From IMG/VR virus record IMGVR_UViG_3300013382_000004: a stretch of DNA of 64,000 nt; one strand, written 5' to 3'. The DNA comes from a virus. Its lineage: Duplodnaviria > Caudoviricetes. Position 1 is the first letter of the stretch. Each line of letters starts with the position of its first letter. A program made the position numbers and the translations under genes. Shown here in pieces: positions 39,588 through 50,043 of this stretch. The notes under the pieces were generated by a model. It was not told where the DNA came from. It saw only the letters and a list, made by a program, of their open reading frames with translations, and made no database searches.

Positions 39588-39902
39588 TTAAAGCTCCATT
39601 TCTTCAACAGGAAAGATTTGGTTCTTCATGCCATTATCTTTAGGAATAGCTACAAACTTGCCATAATTCTGGGGATTGTTAGGATTCTTGTCTCCATACC
39701 AACAACCCATAAACATACCAAATGCTTTCTGATATCTATTATAGAAAACCTTTCCCATATAGGAATGGTTCTTACCCTTGATTTCATAAAGATTACCAGT
39801 GATAATATTATTACCATTGGCATCAAGAAGAGAGGTTACAATACCACAATTCTCTCTCTTGTCACGAGTGGGAGCTTTACGTCCCTTTTTAATGCGTTCC
39901 AT
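39588..39902 (-). CDS. YopX-like small protein
   Basis: TSLLDANGNNIITGN resembles the YopX TGLxDxNGxEIYEGD motif. Confidence 0.5.
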   Translation of the reverse strand: MERIKKGRKAPTRDKRENCGIVTSLLDANGNNIITGNLYEIKGKNHSYMGKVFYNRYQKAFGMFMGCWYGDKNPNNPQNYGKFVAIPKDNGMKNQIFPVEEMEL

Positions 39903-40300
39903 TAGTAACGCTCCTTCCATTTATAGGTATATTTGAAAAACCAAATCTGCTCTGTACGACCTTTATATTTAATGGTCATAGGCTTAGACAAACCTGTGTT
40001 GTGTGATTTGATTTTGCCAATCTTTTTTACAGCAACAGGTTTTTTAATCCACCTTTCTCCCGTAGCAGGAGCATCACAAACACGACTTCTACAAGAGTAT
40101 CCTTTGAGCTTTTGATTAACAGGAGTGTAGACATAATATTCCATGCTAATATCTCCTAATGCTGAAAGACAACCTTCGATAGTAGGAGCAAAACAAACTC
40201 TTGGAATAGATACATCTTCATTATAAGGAATCGCTGTATCAGGAATCTGTGGTGTCAGATTTGTAAGATTTGGGTCATGAGAAAGATGATATAACATCAT
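39902..40300 (-). CDS. putative ADP-ribosyltransferase-fold protein
   Basis: LYHLS...[14 protein letters not shown]...YVY...DA..TGE.WI. Confidence 0.45.
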   Translation of the reverse strand: MMLYHLSHDPNLTNLTPQIPDTAIPYNEDVSIPRVCFAPTIEGCLSALGDISMEYYVYTPVNQKLKGYSCRSRVCDAPATGERWIKKPVAVKKIGKIKSHNTGLSKPMTIKYKGRTEQIWFFKYTYKWKERY

Positions 40301-40551
40301 ACTCTCCTTTCAGCATCAGGCTGAGTGTACACACGACGAAACATCTGACTATAAAGTTCTTTGGTAAGGACAAGCAAACTTGTATCTAAGCAGTCGCCAT
40401 AAAAATTTTTTAAAATTCCTTTGCCATCAGTGTCTGCAAGAATAATTACACCGTCAGCAAATTTTTCTCCTTGGTACCAGCATTCTCTATTCCACATTTC
40501 TTCAATAACTTCTTCAAAAGTTAAATCATAAGTGTACTTTTTCTTTTCCAT
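40297..40551 (-). CDS. hypothetical protein
   Basis: ATG 40551 downstream of promoter cassette. Confidence 0.65.
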   Translation of the reverse strand: MEKKKYTYDLTFEEVIEEMWNRECWYQGEKFADGVIILADTDGKGILKNFYGDCLDTSLLVLTKELYSQMFRRVYTQPDAERRV

Positions 40552-40606
40552 AAAATTCAACTTCTTATCTTTGATACTCAAATAATACCAAAAAGATAAG
40601 GAGTTG

Positions 40607-41305
40607 TCAAGTATTTAATCTTTTTTTCTTGCCAAGAATTGCAAGCAAACGAACAAAGATATTAATAATATCAAGATAAAGGTCTGTTGCACAACTAATG
40701 GCATTATAAGGTGTAGCAGCATATCTCTGAGAACAATACCAGTCATAGCCAATATAAAGAGAGAACAGAGCTACCACAGCATAATCAATTACATGACCAT
40801 CGTAGCTAAGGAAAAAAACCAAAGTTCCTTCAACAAGGACAATACTAATCAAAGCAATTAAAAGGATATGCCCAAGAGAACAGAAATACTCAGGGAATAC
40901 AGTGCTAATAGTAGCCATGATTACTACAATAATACCTGTAAGAAGACACACATAGCTGATACTCAAAGCGGTATACTGACTTACATAAACACTTAGAAGT
41001 GCTCCAATAGGCAAACAAATAAGGTTAAATCCAAGGAAAGCAATTAAAGCATTTTCTGTGCCACTAATAATAATAGCTCCAAGAAAAGCTAAAGCAAAAT
41101 ATCCCAGAATAAAAAGAAGAGGATGAGCCGCTACGAAATTAAAAACCTGCACCTCAAGGAACATACAGATAAAGAAATTACAAATCAAGCCCCAAAGAAT
41201 AGTACATCCCATAAGAGCATTGAATCCTGCATCTGTCATTTGCATATCTTCTGGCATACAGTCAAAAGTAATTCTATCTTCTTTTAAATTAAAGCCATTA
41301 TCCAT
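40607..41305 (-). CDS. Bax inhibitor-1/YccA family membrane protein
   Basis: About 7 TM segments; LFSLYIGYD, A.DLYLDIINIF..LL.I. Confidence 0.85.
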   Translation of the reverse strand: MDNGFNLKEDRITFDCMPEDMQMTDAGFNALMGCTILWGLICNFFICMFLEVQVFNFVAAHPLLFILGYFALAFLGAIIISGTENALIAFLGFNLICLPIGALLSVYVSQYTALSISYVCLLTGIIVVIMATISTVFPEYFCSLGHILLIALISIVLVEGTLVFFLSYDGHVIDYAVVALFSLYIGYDWYCSQRYAATPYNAISCATDLYLDIINIFVRLLAILGKKKRLNT

Positions 41306-41606
41306 TCTTAGTTTCCTTTTCTTTTTCTAATTTCTTCTTCTGTATTTTCAAGTAATCATCAAGGTCAAGAAAAGAAGTGTTGTTAGCTAAACCTTCTTTA
41401 ATTTTATCCAGCATTATTTTTGCTAGGTAATACTCGTTTTTCCCAAAAACGCCTAAACTACAAGAGGATTTATCAGTAAGTTCAATAGTAATAGTATAAG
41501 TTGGAGTATTTACTGACCAATCCACATTGTTAAAATCAGCATCAAGGTGAATAGCTCTCCATCCCATATACAAATTAATAATCTGGTTGTCGTAACTAAT
41601 AACCAT
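41298..41606 (-). CDS. hypothetical protein
   Basis: ORF with SD, coupled to next gene. Confidence 0.7.
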   Translation of the reverse strand: MVISYDNQIINLYMGWRAIHLDADFNNVDWSVNTPTYTITIELTDKSSCSLGVFGKNEYYLAKIMLDKIKEGLANNTSFLDLDDYLKIQKKKLEKEKETKNG

Positions 41607-41659
41607 TATTTATTTCTCCTATAAATTTATAGATAACACAAATAAAAGAAATCTTTTAT

Positions 41660-42334
41660 TTAAAAATCCGCTTCGTCATCATCAAGGTTAGTAATCATTG
41701 AAGGAGCATTACCATATCCTGTTTTCATCTTTACAGGTGTAATAATATCTTTTCCAGCAAAATTATTATGATACCAACGTAACTCTTGATTATTAAGATT
41801 CTCTTTGACTTTTTTAGAGATTTCTGCCGCTTTGCTAATTTCTTCTTCGGATTTCTTTTTAAGAATTTCAATATCAGACTGAGCACTTTCAAGAATAAGT
41901 TTGAGATTTTTTACTTCTTTTTCGTTAGTTTCTCTGGCTTTTTTGGCTTTAATATAATTACGTCTCCACAATGAATATTTTAGATTACCAACAAAGCCAA
42001 AATCTACATAAACATCTTTAGCGTCAAAATAATTCAAACTCCAATAATTATTTAGAACTACATCTCCATGCTTGTAATTGTGGTTGTTAATTCTGCGATG
42101 AGGAAGGCAGCTTAAGCCCCATTTCTTAGTATTTAAGCAATAAATATCATACCACTTATCGAAATCCATCTTGACACATTCTTCGCGTTTGCGCTTTTCT
42201 TTAATATCATCTAAATCAGCGCCAAAAATTCCTTTGAAAATAAGTGGCCCAATTAAAAGCCCAAAAAGAAGCCACACAACAACTCCACCTGAAGTAATTA
42301 AAACTAAAAATAAAACAATTTTTAATGCCAACAT
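41660..42334 (-). CDS. membrane-anchored coiled-coil protein
   Basis: N-terminal TM; paralogue of 42336-42878 (F..W...Y.L...KW.L; FGF.GN.KY). Confidence 0.75.
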   Translation of the reverse strand: MLALKIVLFLVLITSGGVVVWLLFGLLIGPLIFKGIFGADLDDIKEKRKREECVKMDFDKWYDIYCLNTKKWGLSCLPHRRINNHNYKHGDVVLNNYWSLNYFDAKDVYVDFGFVGNLKYSLWRRNYIKAKKARETNEKEVKNLKLILESAQSDIEILKKKSEEEISKAAEISKKVKENLNNQELRWYHNNFAGKDIITPVKMKTGYGNAPSMITNLDDDEADF

Positions 42335-42335
42335 G

Positions 42336-42878
42336 TTAATTCTCCCATCTATCAGTAGACTTTAATTCAATGTTACTGTTCATGTAAGATTCTTGAATTT
42401 TATCTGTTTCTTCTTTGGCTTTGTTGATTTCTTCTTCGGCTCTTTTTTGAATTTCTTCAATATCTCTTTGCACAGCTTCAAGAATATATTTTAAATTGTC
42501 TTGGGCATTTCTAATAGAGTCGCTTTTCTTTTGTTTGTTGTTCATGTTATATTTAAAAAAGACATATTTAATATTTCCGATAAAGCCAAAATTAACATAA
42601 ACGGTATCCCAAACTCCATTTTTGGTTCTAACTGTTCGTTTAGGGGCAAACCACATTAAAGTCCATTTATCAGGAGCTAAAATATAATACTTTTTCCAAT
42701 CGTTAAATTTCAAATGCGCCCAATCGCGCCATTTTTTATGATGAGCTTTAACAAACTCAAGCGGCGTATTTGCGCATCCACCATCTTCATCCTTGATAAT
42801 ATAAGCAAAAAGACAAATGAAAGCGATAAAAGCGAGGATGAGTAATCCACTAATAACATACAACAATTTACCGAGCAT
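42336..42878 (-). CDS. membrane-anchored coiled-coil protein
   Basis: N-terminal TM; paralogue of previous gene. Confidence 0.75.
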   Translation of the reverse strand: MLGKLLYVISGLLILAFIAFICLFAYIIKDEDGGCANTPLEFVKAHHKKWRDWAHLKFNDWKKYYILAPDKWTLMWFAPKRTVRTKNGVWDTVYVNFGFIGNIKYVFFKYNMNNKQKKSDSIRNAQDNLKYILEAVQRDIEEIQKRAEEEINKAKEETDKIQESYMNSNIELKSTDRWEN

Positions 42879-42881
42879 AAA

Positions 42882-42936
42882 AACACCTCTCCTTCTTTAG
42901 TACACTCAATATACCATGAAGGAGAGGTGTTGTCAA
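42882..42936 (-). promoter_or_regulatory. sigmaA promoter with 14-bp spacer/SD inverted repeat
   Basis: aacacctctccttc 42882-42895 / gaaggagaggtgtt 42918-42931; TTGACA-17-TATATT. Confidence 0.8.
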
Positions 42937-42956
42937 CTATTTATTAAATTAAATTT

Positions 42957-43262
42957 TTAATTCTTTTTGGGCTTAATGTGAAGAATTGAATCAATCTTCT
43001 TAACATATACAGTAAATCCATAATATTCATTAATCATATCACATAAATCTTTAAAAAGTTGATGATTGATAACAGTTAAATATTGAGGATACCTTGTATA
43101 AATATAAATATTCTCAAGTTCATAATCGTAATCAATAAAAACTGATTCTGTTAAAGTTGCAAAAGTGTCATCAGCATCAATAATTCTCTAAATAAAATTG
43201 GCAACTTCCTAATCAATAGGTGTGGTAATATCAGGAATTACCTCGTAATTTTTGTCAACCAT
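42957..43262 (-). CDS. 101-aa TAG-recoded hypothetical protein
   Basis: SD AAGGAG, ATG overlapping upstream gene end, 2 in-frame TAGs (43211, 43190), TAA 42957; fills an otherwise empty gap. Confidence 0.75.
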
Positions 43263-43599
43263 TTTCTTTCTCCTTACTTAAATATTCATCTAATACACTA
43301 TCAACATTACCACTTACAAAAAGAATAGGGGGGTCTTCTTTGGAATAGGGGTAAGAAGTTGAATTAAGGTATTCATAGTCTTTAGGCATTACGCAAGCCC
43401 AATGATTTAGTTTGGGTACATAAACAAGATTAGAAAAACCCCAGTTATAAAACAAATCAAGTTCTCTCGCAGTAAAATTTAATCTGTAAGCTTCATGTTT
43501 ATAATATTCAGATTTCTTTTTATCGTTTATTTTATTAGAAGCTTTAAGATAATCTTTTAAAATTTCTTCAATTTTAAGACAGGCATCAAAAATTTTCAT
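43255..43599 (-). CDS. hypothetical protein
   Basis: TAATG-coupled to upstream gene. Confidence 0.7.
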   Translation of the reverse strand: MKIFDACLKIEEILKDYLKASNKINDKKKSEYYKHEAYRLNFTARELDLFYNWGFSNLVYVPKLNHWACVMPKDYEYLNSTSYPYSKEDPPILFVSGNVDSVLDEYLSKEKENG

Positions 43600-44630
43600 T
43601 ATTCCTCCACATAACAGATATAGCAATTATATCCTTTTTCAGCTAAATCAGCTTTAACCTTTTCAGCCCCAGACTTTTTAGCAAAGAATCCAACTTGAAC
43701 TTTATACAACTTAGTTTTTGGGTCCATTATACAGAAAGCTGTAGAATAATCAATAATGCCCTTTAAAGTGCGAATCTCGTTACGATAAGTGATTGCGCGA
43801 GTAGAATTGCTAAAAGCGCCTAACTGGCAACGATAGCCGACTTTCTTGGGACGATTCTGTTCTTTCTTATCTTCCTTGTTTTGTTTCTTCTCTTCAAGTT
43901 CTGCCTTTTCTCTTTCAGCATTAGAACGAAGCCAGAAAGCGAGAATGGAATCGACAGGTCTTAGCCAACCAGATGCAGATAAACGTGTACCTTCAAAATT
44001 GGTATAAGTAGAATTTCCGCCATCTTGATTGCAACAATACTCTACATCAGGAAAAATCGACTTAACAAGATTCTGAGCCTTAGAAAGTTTCATGCCGCCA
44101 GAAACTACAGAGATAATAAAATATTTTTCATTCTTAGGATTACCATCTGTTTTTGTCCAACCAAACATCTGTCTTTTAGCTTCATAATCAATATCAGCGT
44201 AATCCTTTACAGACTGAGGCTGCTTATTTTTAAACAAAGCAGGATATTCCGTACCGAAATCTCTCCAACCAACACCGTTGTTAAATACGCCATTCATAAT
44301 CTTACCAGCGTTAGTAATACCCCAACCATTAGAGAAATTACCGTCTTTAGCATAAACAGTATTATTACTTTTAAGATTCCAAATAGAAGTTCCACTTTCA
44401 GTATCAAAGAAGAAAGCGTTCGTTACAATATCGGGTTTATAACCATAAAGATTATACATCTTTTCTGGACTTAGTTTAGGCTGAGTGCACATATCTATAC
44501 TTGCACTCTTTAATTCGCTCTTGGGCCATTCAATTACAACTACATTGTTATAAGTAACCCCTCTTACAATAGGGTGATACCAACGAAGCAGAGAATTGTT
44601 TTTGCCATAATGATACTAAATATTTGCCAT
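43599..44630 (-). CDS. putative cell-wall enzyme: phosphodiester-glycosidase-like domain + C-terminal SPOR; TAG at codon 5
   Basis: SD GGAG + ATG 44630 (MANI[TAG]YHY); NQDGGNST (LDGGGS-like); YRCQLGAFS and YKVQVGFF SPOR repeats. Confidence 0.65.
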
Positions 44631-44763
44631 TTAAATCTCCATTCTTCTGTACTATTTCAACAGATTTGTTTTAATTAAAATAAAGGACAGGTATCCTTTT
44701 CTATTATTACCTTAACACAAAAAAGGATACCTGTCAATATTTAAATTGTTAAATTTTTATGAA

Positions 44764-45135
44764 TTAAATAATTGGGGCAACAGGAATTTCTGTCTTTTTC
44801 TTTTTGTTGTAGATGCGTTTTGGCTTATCTTCCTTTACAGATTCAGTGGTCTGCCCCTCTTTGGAAAGATTAATCTTTTCTACAGGAACAAGTTTAAGTT
44901 CTTCAATAGTAATGCTTGCCCAATCGTAATAATCAGGAGGAAGATTAGTTTCATCAAAATTAAACTTGAGCCCCTTTTCAGCAGAAAGAGGACAATTAAA
45001 ACGCTTGGCACGGTCAAAGTCTACGAAGAATCCACCCTCACCAAAACTTTCTCCTGCAAAAAGTGTTTTGATTTCTGAATCTCGATTTGCTTTAATGGTA
45101 ATATAATATGCAGAGCGATTCTTAAGAGGAAGCAT
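44764..45135 (-). CDS. hypothetical protein
   Basis: ORF with SD. Confidence 0.7.
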   Translation of the reverse strand: MLPLKNRSAYYITIKANRDSEIKTLFAGESFGEGGFFVDFDRAKRFNCPLSAEKGLKFNFDETNLPPDYYDWASITIEELKLVPVEKINLSKEGQTTESVKEDKPKRIYNKKKKTEIPVAPII

Positions 45136-45146
45136 AACAATCTCCT

Positions 45147-45479
45147 TTATTTTAGAATAGAATATTTACTACCAATTTCAACCTTAATGATTTTCATGTA
45201 ATTAAAGTCATATTCCTTGGCGTAAGACTTGTTTTCAAGGAAGAATTTCTTGTTCTTCACCCACCATTCCCTTGCATCTTTTTCACTTTCAAAAGAAAAA
45301 CAAGAAAGAGTATAATTCTCAGCAAGAAGATAAGGCATATTAGACCAACCTCTATTGGCAAAAGCGTAAGAAGAAGTTTCACCATAATTAAGAGGAAGTT
45401 TCTTGCGAGGAATGCCAATACAATAATAGGTCTCCATGTTAGAATGTGTGAGACCAGCATCTGTAATATTAAAAATCAT
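45147..45479 (-). CDS. hypothetical protein
   Basis: ORF with SD. Confidence 0.7.
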   Translation of the reverse strand: MIFNITDAGLTHSNMETYYCIGIPRKKLPLNYGETSSYAFANRGWSNMPYLLAENYTLSCFSFESEKDAREWWVKNKKFFLENKSYAKEYDFNYMKIIKVEIGSKYSILK

Positions 45480-45520
45480 TTTTGTTCTTATCCTTTTCTA
45501 TAATGCGCTTAAATTTCACC

Positions 45521-45859
45521 TTAAATATTTTTTAGCTCAATTACAGTTTTAAGAGTGCAAGCATTCTTACCAGCAAACACAAAAACAAAACCTTTGTGAT
45601 AATAAATCTTTTCGCTGTTAGATTTAGTACGAAAACGTCTCTTAAAAGCCCACATTTGTTCACAAGTAAGACCATTCTTTTCGTAATTATAAATGGTCAA
45701 AGCATCAAGGTTAACACCCTTATTACGAGCATTACAAGCTAACTGACGAAGTTCTCTTTCATTCTTAATACCAAGTCTTTCTAATCCACGGTCACGAGAA
45801 TGAAAAGTTAATTTGATTTTATCAGAGCCAATCTTGTTATGGAAATTACGGTTATACAT
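45521..45859 (-). CDS. hypothetical basic protein
   Basis: ORF downstream of promoter/anti-SD cassette 45864-45928. Confidence 0.7.
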   Translation of the reverse strand: MYNRNFHNKIGSDKIKLTFHSRDRGLERLGIKNERELRQLACNARNKGVNLDALTIYNYEKNGLTCEQMWAFKRRFRTKSNSEKIYYHKGFVFVFAGKNACTLKTVIELKNI

Positions 45860-45935
45860 TTAAACAACTCCTTTCAAGAATGATTTACTTTATGTTTAAA
45901 GTATACCAGACCTAAAAGGAGTTGTCAATAGTTTA

Positions 45936-46424
45936 TTAATTTGTTTCGGGAAAAATTGATAGTCTTTCTCTAAGACTGGAATATTCATCTAAAAGATGCT
46001 TATAATTAGCAATAGCATCTTTAGTTTTTTCTTCTGCTTCTTTGATGGTAAGAATTTCAAAAGTGGAATTATCTCCACGTTCATCAATCTTTAGACCAAT
46101 AAGATAATACTTTTGGTCCTTTTTCTGTTCTAAACAGGCTTTAGCTAAAGTTTTCTTTTGCCAAGAGCTGATGTAGACTCTTAAAGAATATTCTAAATAA
46201 CCTAATAGATAAGCAGGGGTCGCTTCTTCCCCCATAATAAACCAATATTCGGTTTCGCTTTCATAAGGGTTAGGGATATAGAAACAGCGTTCTGTCATTA
46301 CAGCGCGAATATCTACTCTTTTTTCATAAGCAAAGCATTCTTCTTCTGTACTAAACATGCGCCCATCTTCTGCGACCCAGAGCGTCCTTTCTTGGGCAGG
46401 GATTAATTCTTTTTCAATTTTCAT
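45936..46424 (-). CDS. hypothetical protein
   Basis: W.AEDG..F.TEEEC..YE motif. Confidence 0.7.
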   Translation of the reverse strand: MKIEKELIPAQERTLWVAEDGRMFSTEEECFAYEKRVDIRAVMTERCFYIPNPYESETEYWFIMGEEATPAYLLGYLEYSLRVYISSWQKKTLAKACLEQKKDQKYYLIGLKIDERGDNSTFEILTIKEAEEKTKDAIANYKHLLDEYSSLRERLSIFPETN

Positions 46425-46425
46425 A

Positions 46426-46779
46426 TCAATTAAAATCCCTTTCTACCTTGTTATAAAATTCTTCTTTTAATTCATCGGTGATTATTCCTGTTTTATTTAA
46501 TTTATCATTTACGTTAATTAATACAGATTTTACAAAATCGTCATAATTAAAAACCCACATATAAGCCATCGAAATATTCAAAATGGGTATCGCACTTACT
46601 AATACCATTTGAACAAGTGTCCATATTGAGTTCCCGTTGTTTATAATTGTAACATCTACATTTCGAGCATTAAAAAAGTCATTGAGGTATTTAGTACACT
46701 TTTTCACAGAAAAGAAAAAACCTAAAATATCTAAGATAAAGAAAAACTGCCAAATTTTAATTAGAATCTTTAGAATCAT
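46426..46779 (-). CDS. membrane protein
   Basis: Two hydrophobic segments, IPILNI. Confidence 0.65.
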   Translation of the reverse strand: MILKILIKIWQFFFILDILGFFFSVKKCTKYLNDFFNARNVDVTIINNGNSIWTLVQMVLVSAIPILNISMAYMWVFNYDDFVKSVLINVNDKLNKTGIITDELKEEFYNKVERDFN

Positions 46780-46993
46780 CCGCTTTTGTTTCTATCTCCT
46801 TCACTTCTTCTACTTTTTTAACCTCTTTTGGTTGCTCCTTAAATTTCTTACAAAGATAAGATAAATGTCCCATGGAATTATATGTAAAACCACTATCAGG
46901 ATGTCTTACACAATCCTTCCATGGACATTTCTTTTCATCACAGCCAGTAAAAGGAAGTAAAGATGTTTCTCTATCTCCTTTTGGGATATACAT
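46757..46993 (-). CDS. small Cys/His protein
   Basis: C....CP...C.RH...C. Confidence 0.6.
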   Translation of the reverse strand: MYIPKGDRETSLLPFTGCDEKKCPWKDCVRHPDSGFTYNSMGHLSYLCKKFKEQPKEVKKVEEVKEIETKADDSKDSN

Positions 46994-47021
46994 TTGTCTC
47001 TCCTATACACACATTATTTAA

Positions 47022-47558
47022 TTACCCCTTAATTTGAATATAAGGGATGGAATCAGGACCACAATCAAAGTCCCATCCATTTTCAACAACCTTCTGAAGA
47101 AAAGTTCTGCTGTTTGTCAGTTTCCAAGCAATAGGACTACAACAATCTTTATGAATGGTATAATAAGGATGCTTGATATTCTTCTCACGACCAATTTCAA
47201 AGAGACGACCCATAATAACATTGAAGAAATAGCTTACATCATTATCTTTAAAAGTTTTATTCCAAACTTCTGCATCTTCTCTTGCCTTTACACTGGTTAC
47301 ATCAACCCAAGAACCATCTTCATTCTTTTGAAAAGTAAGTTCATAACCTCTGCATTCACAGAGTTCCTTAAAGCGCTTGTCGTTGGTCATAATTCTCCAC
47401 ATAGTAGGAGTGAGCTGGAAGTTCTCAAAACGAGCCACACCATAGCCCAAACTGGAATTATGGTCAAGACGTTCCTCGATATAACCAAGAAGTTTCATAA
47501 TATTGTCATTCTTATTGTTATTCTTGTATTCTTCAAGATATTCCTGTTTGGTAAACAT
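47022..47558 (-). CDS. hypothetical protein with internal duplication
   Basis: Two similar halves (WR/KI.TND/NS..F). Confidence 0.75.
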   Translation of the reverse strand: MFTKQEYLEEYKNNNKNDNIMKLLGYIEERLDHNSSLGYGVARFENFQLTPTMWRIMTNDKRFKELCECRGYELTFQKNEDGSWVDVTSVKAREDAEVWNKTFKDNDVSYFFNVIMGRLFEIGREKNIKHPYYTIHKDCCSPIAWKLTNSRTFLQKVVENGWDFDCGPDSIPYIQIKG

Positions 47559-47633
47559 AATTTAACAACTCCTCTTACTTTTTTATTTTGTATTTATATA
47601 ATACTATAAGTAAGAAGAGTTGTCAAGTGGTTA

Positions 47634-48023
47634 TTAATTTTTCTTGCCAATTTTATAAGGGTACTTTTTTAATTCTTCTGGTAAATCCTTATACTGAATA
47701 GCTTTTTCTTCAATGAGATAAAAATACTTTTTCTTTTTTGCAGATTTCTCATCTTTAAGATTTTTACTACCACAGTAAGGACAATAGATAAATTCTCTTT
47801 CAGGAGAATATCTTGTAATAAATTCTGGCTCAGATAAATATGAAGTAGGATGGAGATATCTTCTACAATTTAAGCAATAAGAATAAAAAGCTCCATCATT
47901 GATAAATTTAACTACAAGCCAGTCTCCATTACGGAATAGAATTTTGAAACGAGGGTCGTTATCATTATATTGATAATCACTGAATTTCGCTTGTCTTATC
48001 TTCTTCCTTTGTTTCTTTGACAT
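47634..48023 (-). CDS. zinc-ribbon protein
   Basis: CLNC...YCPYCG. Confidence 0.65.
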   Translation of the reverse strand: MSKKQRKKIRQAKFSDYQYNDNDPRFKILFRNGDWLVVKFINDGAFYSYCLNCRRYLHPTSYLSEPEFITRYSPEREFIYCPYCGSKNLKDEKSAKKKKYFYLIEEKAIQYKDLPEELKKYPYKIGKKN

Positions 48024-48360
48024 TCTCTTCATCCTTTACTTCGGATTTATCAGTGACTTCCGTAACAGCTTCGGAGAGACCTCTGCCCATCATTTCTGCC
48101 ATGGCTCCCATCATATCAACCATCCCATTAGGATTTTGCTGAATAGTATTATAAGAAGTTCTGAGGAGCTTATAAAACATAATTACGCAATCAGCAAATT
48201 CATACTCTTCGTTGAGTTTTGCTTGAATTGCAGTAATATCATCCATACTGTCAATCTCTTTGTCAAGAGTTCGCTCTTCATTGCCATAAGTAGTAATAGT
48301 TGCCTCGGGCTTCAAGCCCATATATACAATATAATAAGTATAGCTCTTCTTCAAATTCAT
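47977..48360 (-). CDS. hypothetical protein
   Basis: ORF with SD. Confidence 0.7.
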   Translation of the reverse strand: MNLKKSYTYYIVYMGLKPEATITTYGNEERTLDKEIDSMDDITAIQAKLNEEYEFADCVIMFYKLLRTSYNTIQQNPNGMVDMMGAMAEMMGRGLSEAVTEVTDKSEVKDEENVKETKEEDKTSEIQ

Positions 48361-48361
48361 T

Positions 48362-48631
48362 TTAAAAATAATCTCCTTGAAATAAATATGCTACTGTAGT
48401 ATTAGTTTTTTCTGCGATAATTACAAAGTCTCTATATGTTAAGAAAAATCTTTTATGAGCAATCTTTCTTACATCTTTTTCTGACCTATTTAAAAATTCA
48501 GCCCATTGCTTATATGAATAAGGACTTGCTTTCATTACTTTACTTACTCGCTTCAGCTTGTCCATATAAGATTTGTTGGGATAAATATAATAGAATTTAA
48601 TATAATTCCAAAGACAAACTAATCTTTTCAT
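48362..48631 (-). CDS. possible XRE-like HTH protein
   Basis: SYKQWAEFLNRS...IAEKTNTTVAYLF. Confidence 0.5.
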   Translation of the reverse strand: MKRLVCLWNYIKFYYIYPNKSYMDKLKRVSKVMKASPYSYKQWAEFLNRSEKDVRKIAHKRFFLTYRDFVIIAEKTNTTVAYLFQGDYF

Positions 48632-49122
48632 TTACTAATCCTATCTGCAATCGTGCTTGCTACAAAACTGTCTGGTTTAACTGTAGGCTCATATCCCGCA
48701 CCTTTTAACCATCCAACAATTTCTGGAATTACTTGACCACTTGGTCCAGCATATCCAGCATCAACATGAATTCCAATACTAGTGTACTTTTCATAGTCAA
48801 AGTTTTCTTGGATGGCTAAAGTTGCTAATTCATCAAACAACTGGTCTGCATATGCAATGCTCAATTCAGTTTCTTTGTGAATCTTAATTTTTAAATTTAA
48901 AATAATTGGTAGTTTTTGAATCTCATAGAAGAACTTTCCACCCTTGCCATCGGTATAGACAGCGATAACAATGACGGCTTTTGTTTCATCTTTGTGATTC
49001 TGACTATCAGTACCAATGACAATATGATTATGTTCTGCTACATCTGCATGGTCTTTAATGTAGTTAAAGACAATTTCAGCTATTCTCTTCATGTCTACTC
49101 GTCCGTAAGTAGGACTAATCAT
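48628..49122 (-). CDS. RNase H-like YkuK (DUF458) family protein
   Basis: VIGTDSQ, GKGGKFFY, ETELS, IHVDAG, KPDSFVASTIADR. Confidence 0.85.
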   Translation of the reverse strand: MISPTYGRVDMKRIAEIVFNYIKDHADVAEHNHIVIGTDSQNHKDETKAVIVIAVYTDGKGGKFFYEIQKLPIILNLKIKIHKETELSIAYADQLFDELATLAIQENFDYEKYTSIGIHVDAGYAGPSGQVIPEIVGWLKGAGYEPTVKPDSFVASTIADRISK

Positions 49123-49147
49123 ATTATCATCCTTTCATTTAATTTAA

Positions 49148-49723
49148 TTACAACTTGTTAAGTTTAGCTACAAGTAGGTTAATCTTGTCGATTGTTTTTG
49201 GAGAAAATACATATCTTTTGTTCGTGTCTTTATCATAAACACTTCTGATTACGCTTCCAGAGTCAGATTTGAGGTAAAAATCTTCTTCTGTAAAATAAGG
49301 AAGTTTTACTTTAATTTCTTTCATAGGCATCTCTGTAACTACACGAATTGTTGGAATAATTTCATAATCTTCTGGATTATAAAACCAATTCAATTCTTGT
49401 TTAAGAGTAGTCTTTGAAGTAAAATATTTGGCTCCATCTTTATCTGTAACAAGAGGGGTGTCTCCAAAAGTGCTCATTCCTTTATAATAGCACTCTTCAA
49501 GATTGGAACCTTTGATGAAATTAGCGTTAATTTTAGCAAGGAAAACTTTTTGCTCTTTTTTATTTTGTTCTTTTGTATTTTCTTCTTCAACTTTATTAAG
49601 ATTAAGATTGCGTCCACATACAGGACAATAATTGGCATGAACATAAAAATCGCCATGGTCAATAAGATTCTTTTTGCTTGTAGCGTTAATAGTGAATCTA
49701 TAATTCTCACACCATTTACACAT
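49148..49723 (-). CDS. hypothetical protein with N-terminal Zn ribbon
   Basis: MCKWC...NYCPVCGR. Confidence 0.7.
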   Translation of the reverse strand: MCKWCENYRFTINATSKKNLIDHGDFYVHANYCPVCGRNLNLNKVEEENTKEQNKKEQKVFLAKINANFIKGSNLEECYYKGMSTFGDTPLVTDKDGAKYFTSKTTLKQELNWFYNPEDYEIIPTIRVVTEMPMKEIKVKLPYFTEEDFYLKSDSGSVIRSVYDKDTNKRYVFSPKTIDKINLLVAKLNKL

Positions 49724-49793
49724 ATAGAAAGACTCCTTTCAGTCTAAATTACTATCATTAGTATAGACTAAAAAGAGTCTGTTGTCAAGAGCT

Positions 49794-50018
49794 TTATTTA
49801 ATTTTCTTCTGTTTTCTTATTTCTCTTTGAATCTTAAACCAGTAAATTGCAGCCCGAACGAGAGCAATAGGCCAGCAGAAAATCAAAGTTAAATAATGCA
49901 ATAAGGTTACTTCTTTATCATTTCTATTAGCAGGACAATTATAAACATTATATGTTACTGCAAGCCCACATAAAAGATAAAGAGCAAAACCTATTAGAGA
50001 TACATCATTCAATCTCAT
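49794..50018 (-). CDS. small membrane protein
   Basis: ATG 50018 after AGGAG; two TM segments. Confidence 0.65.
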   Translation of the reverse strand: MRLNDVSLIGFALYLLCGLAVTYNVYNCPANRNDKEVTLLHYLTLIFCWPIALVRAAIYWFKIQREIRKQKKIK

Positions 50019-50043
50019 CAGCAAACTCCTTTGCAAAGGAATG

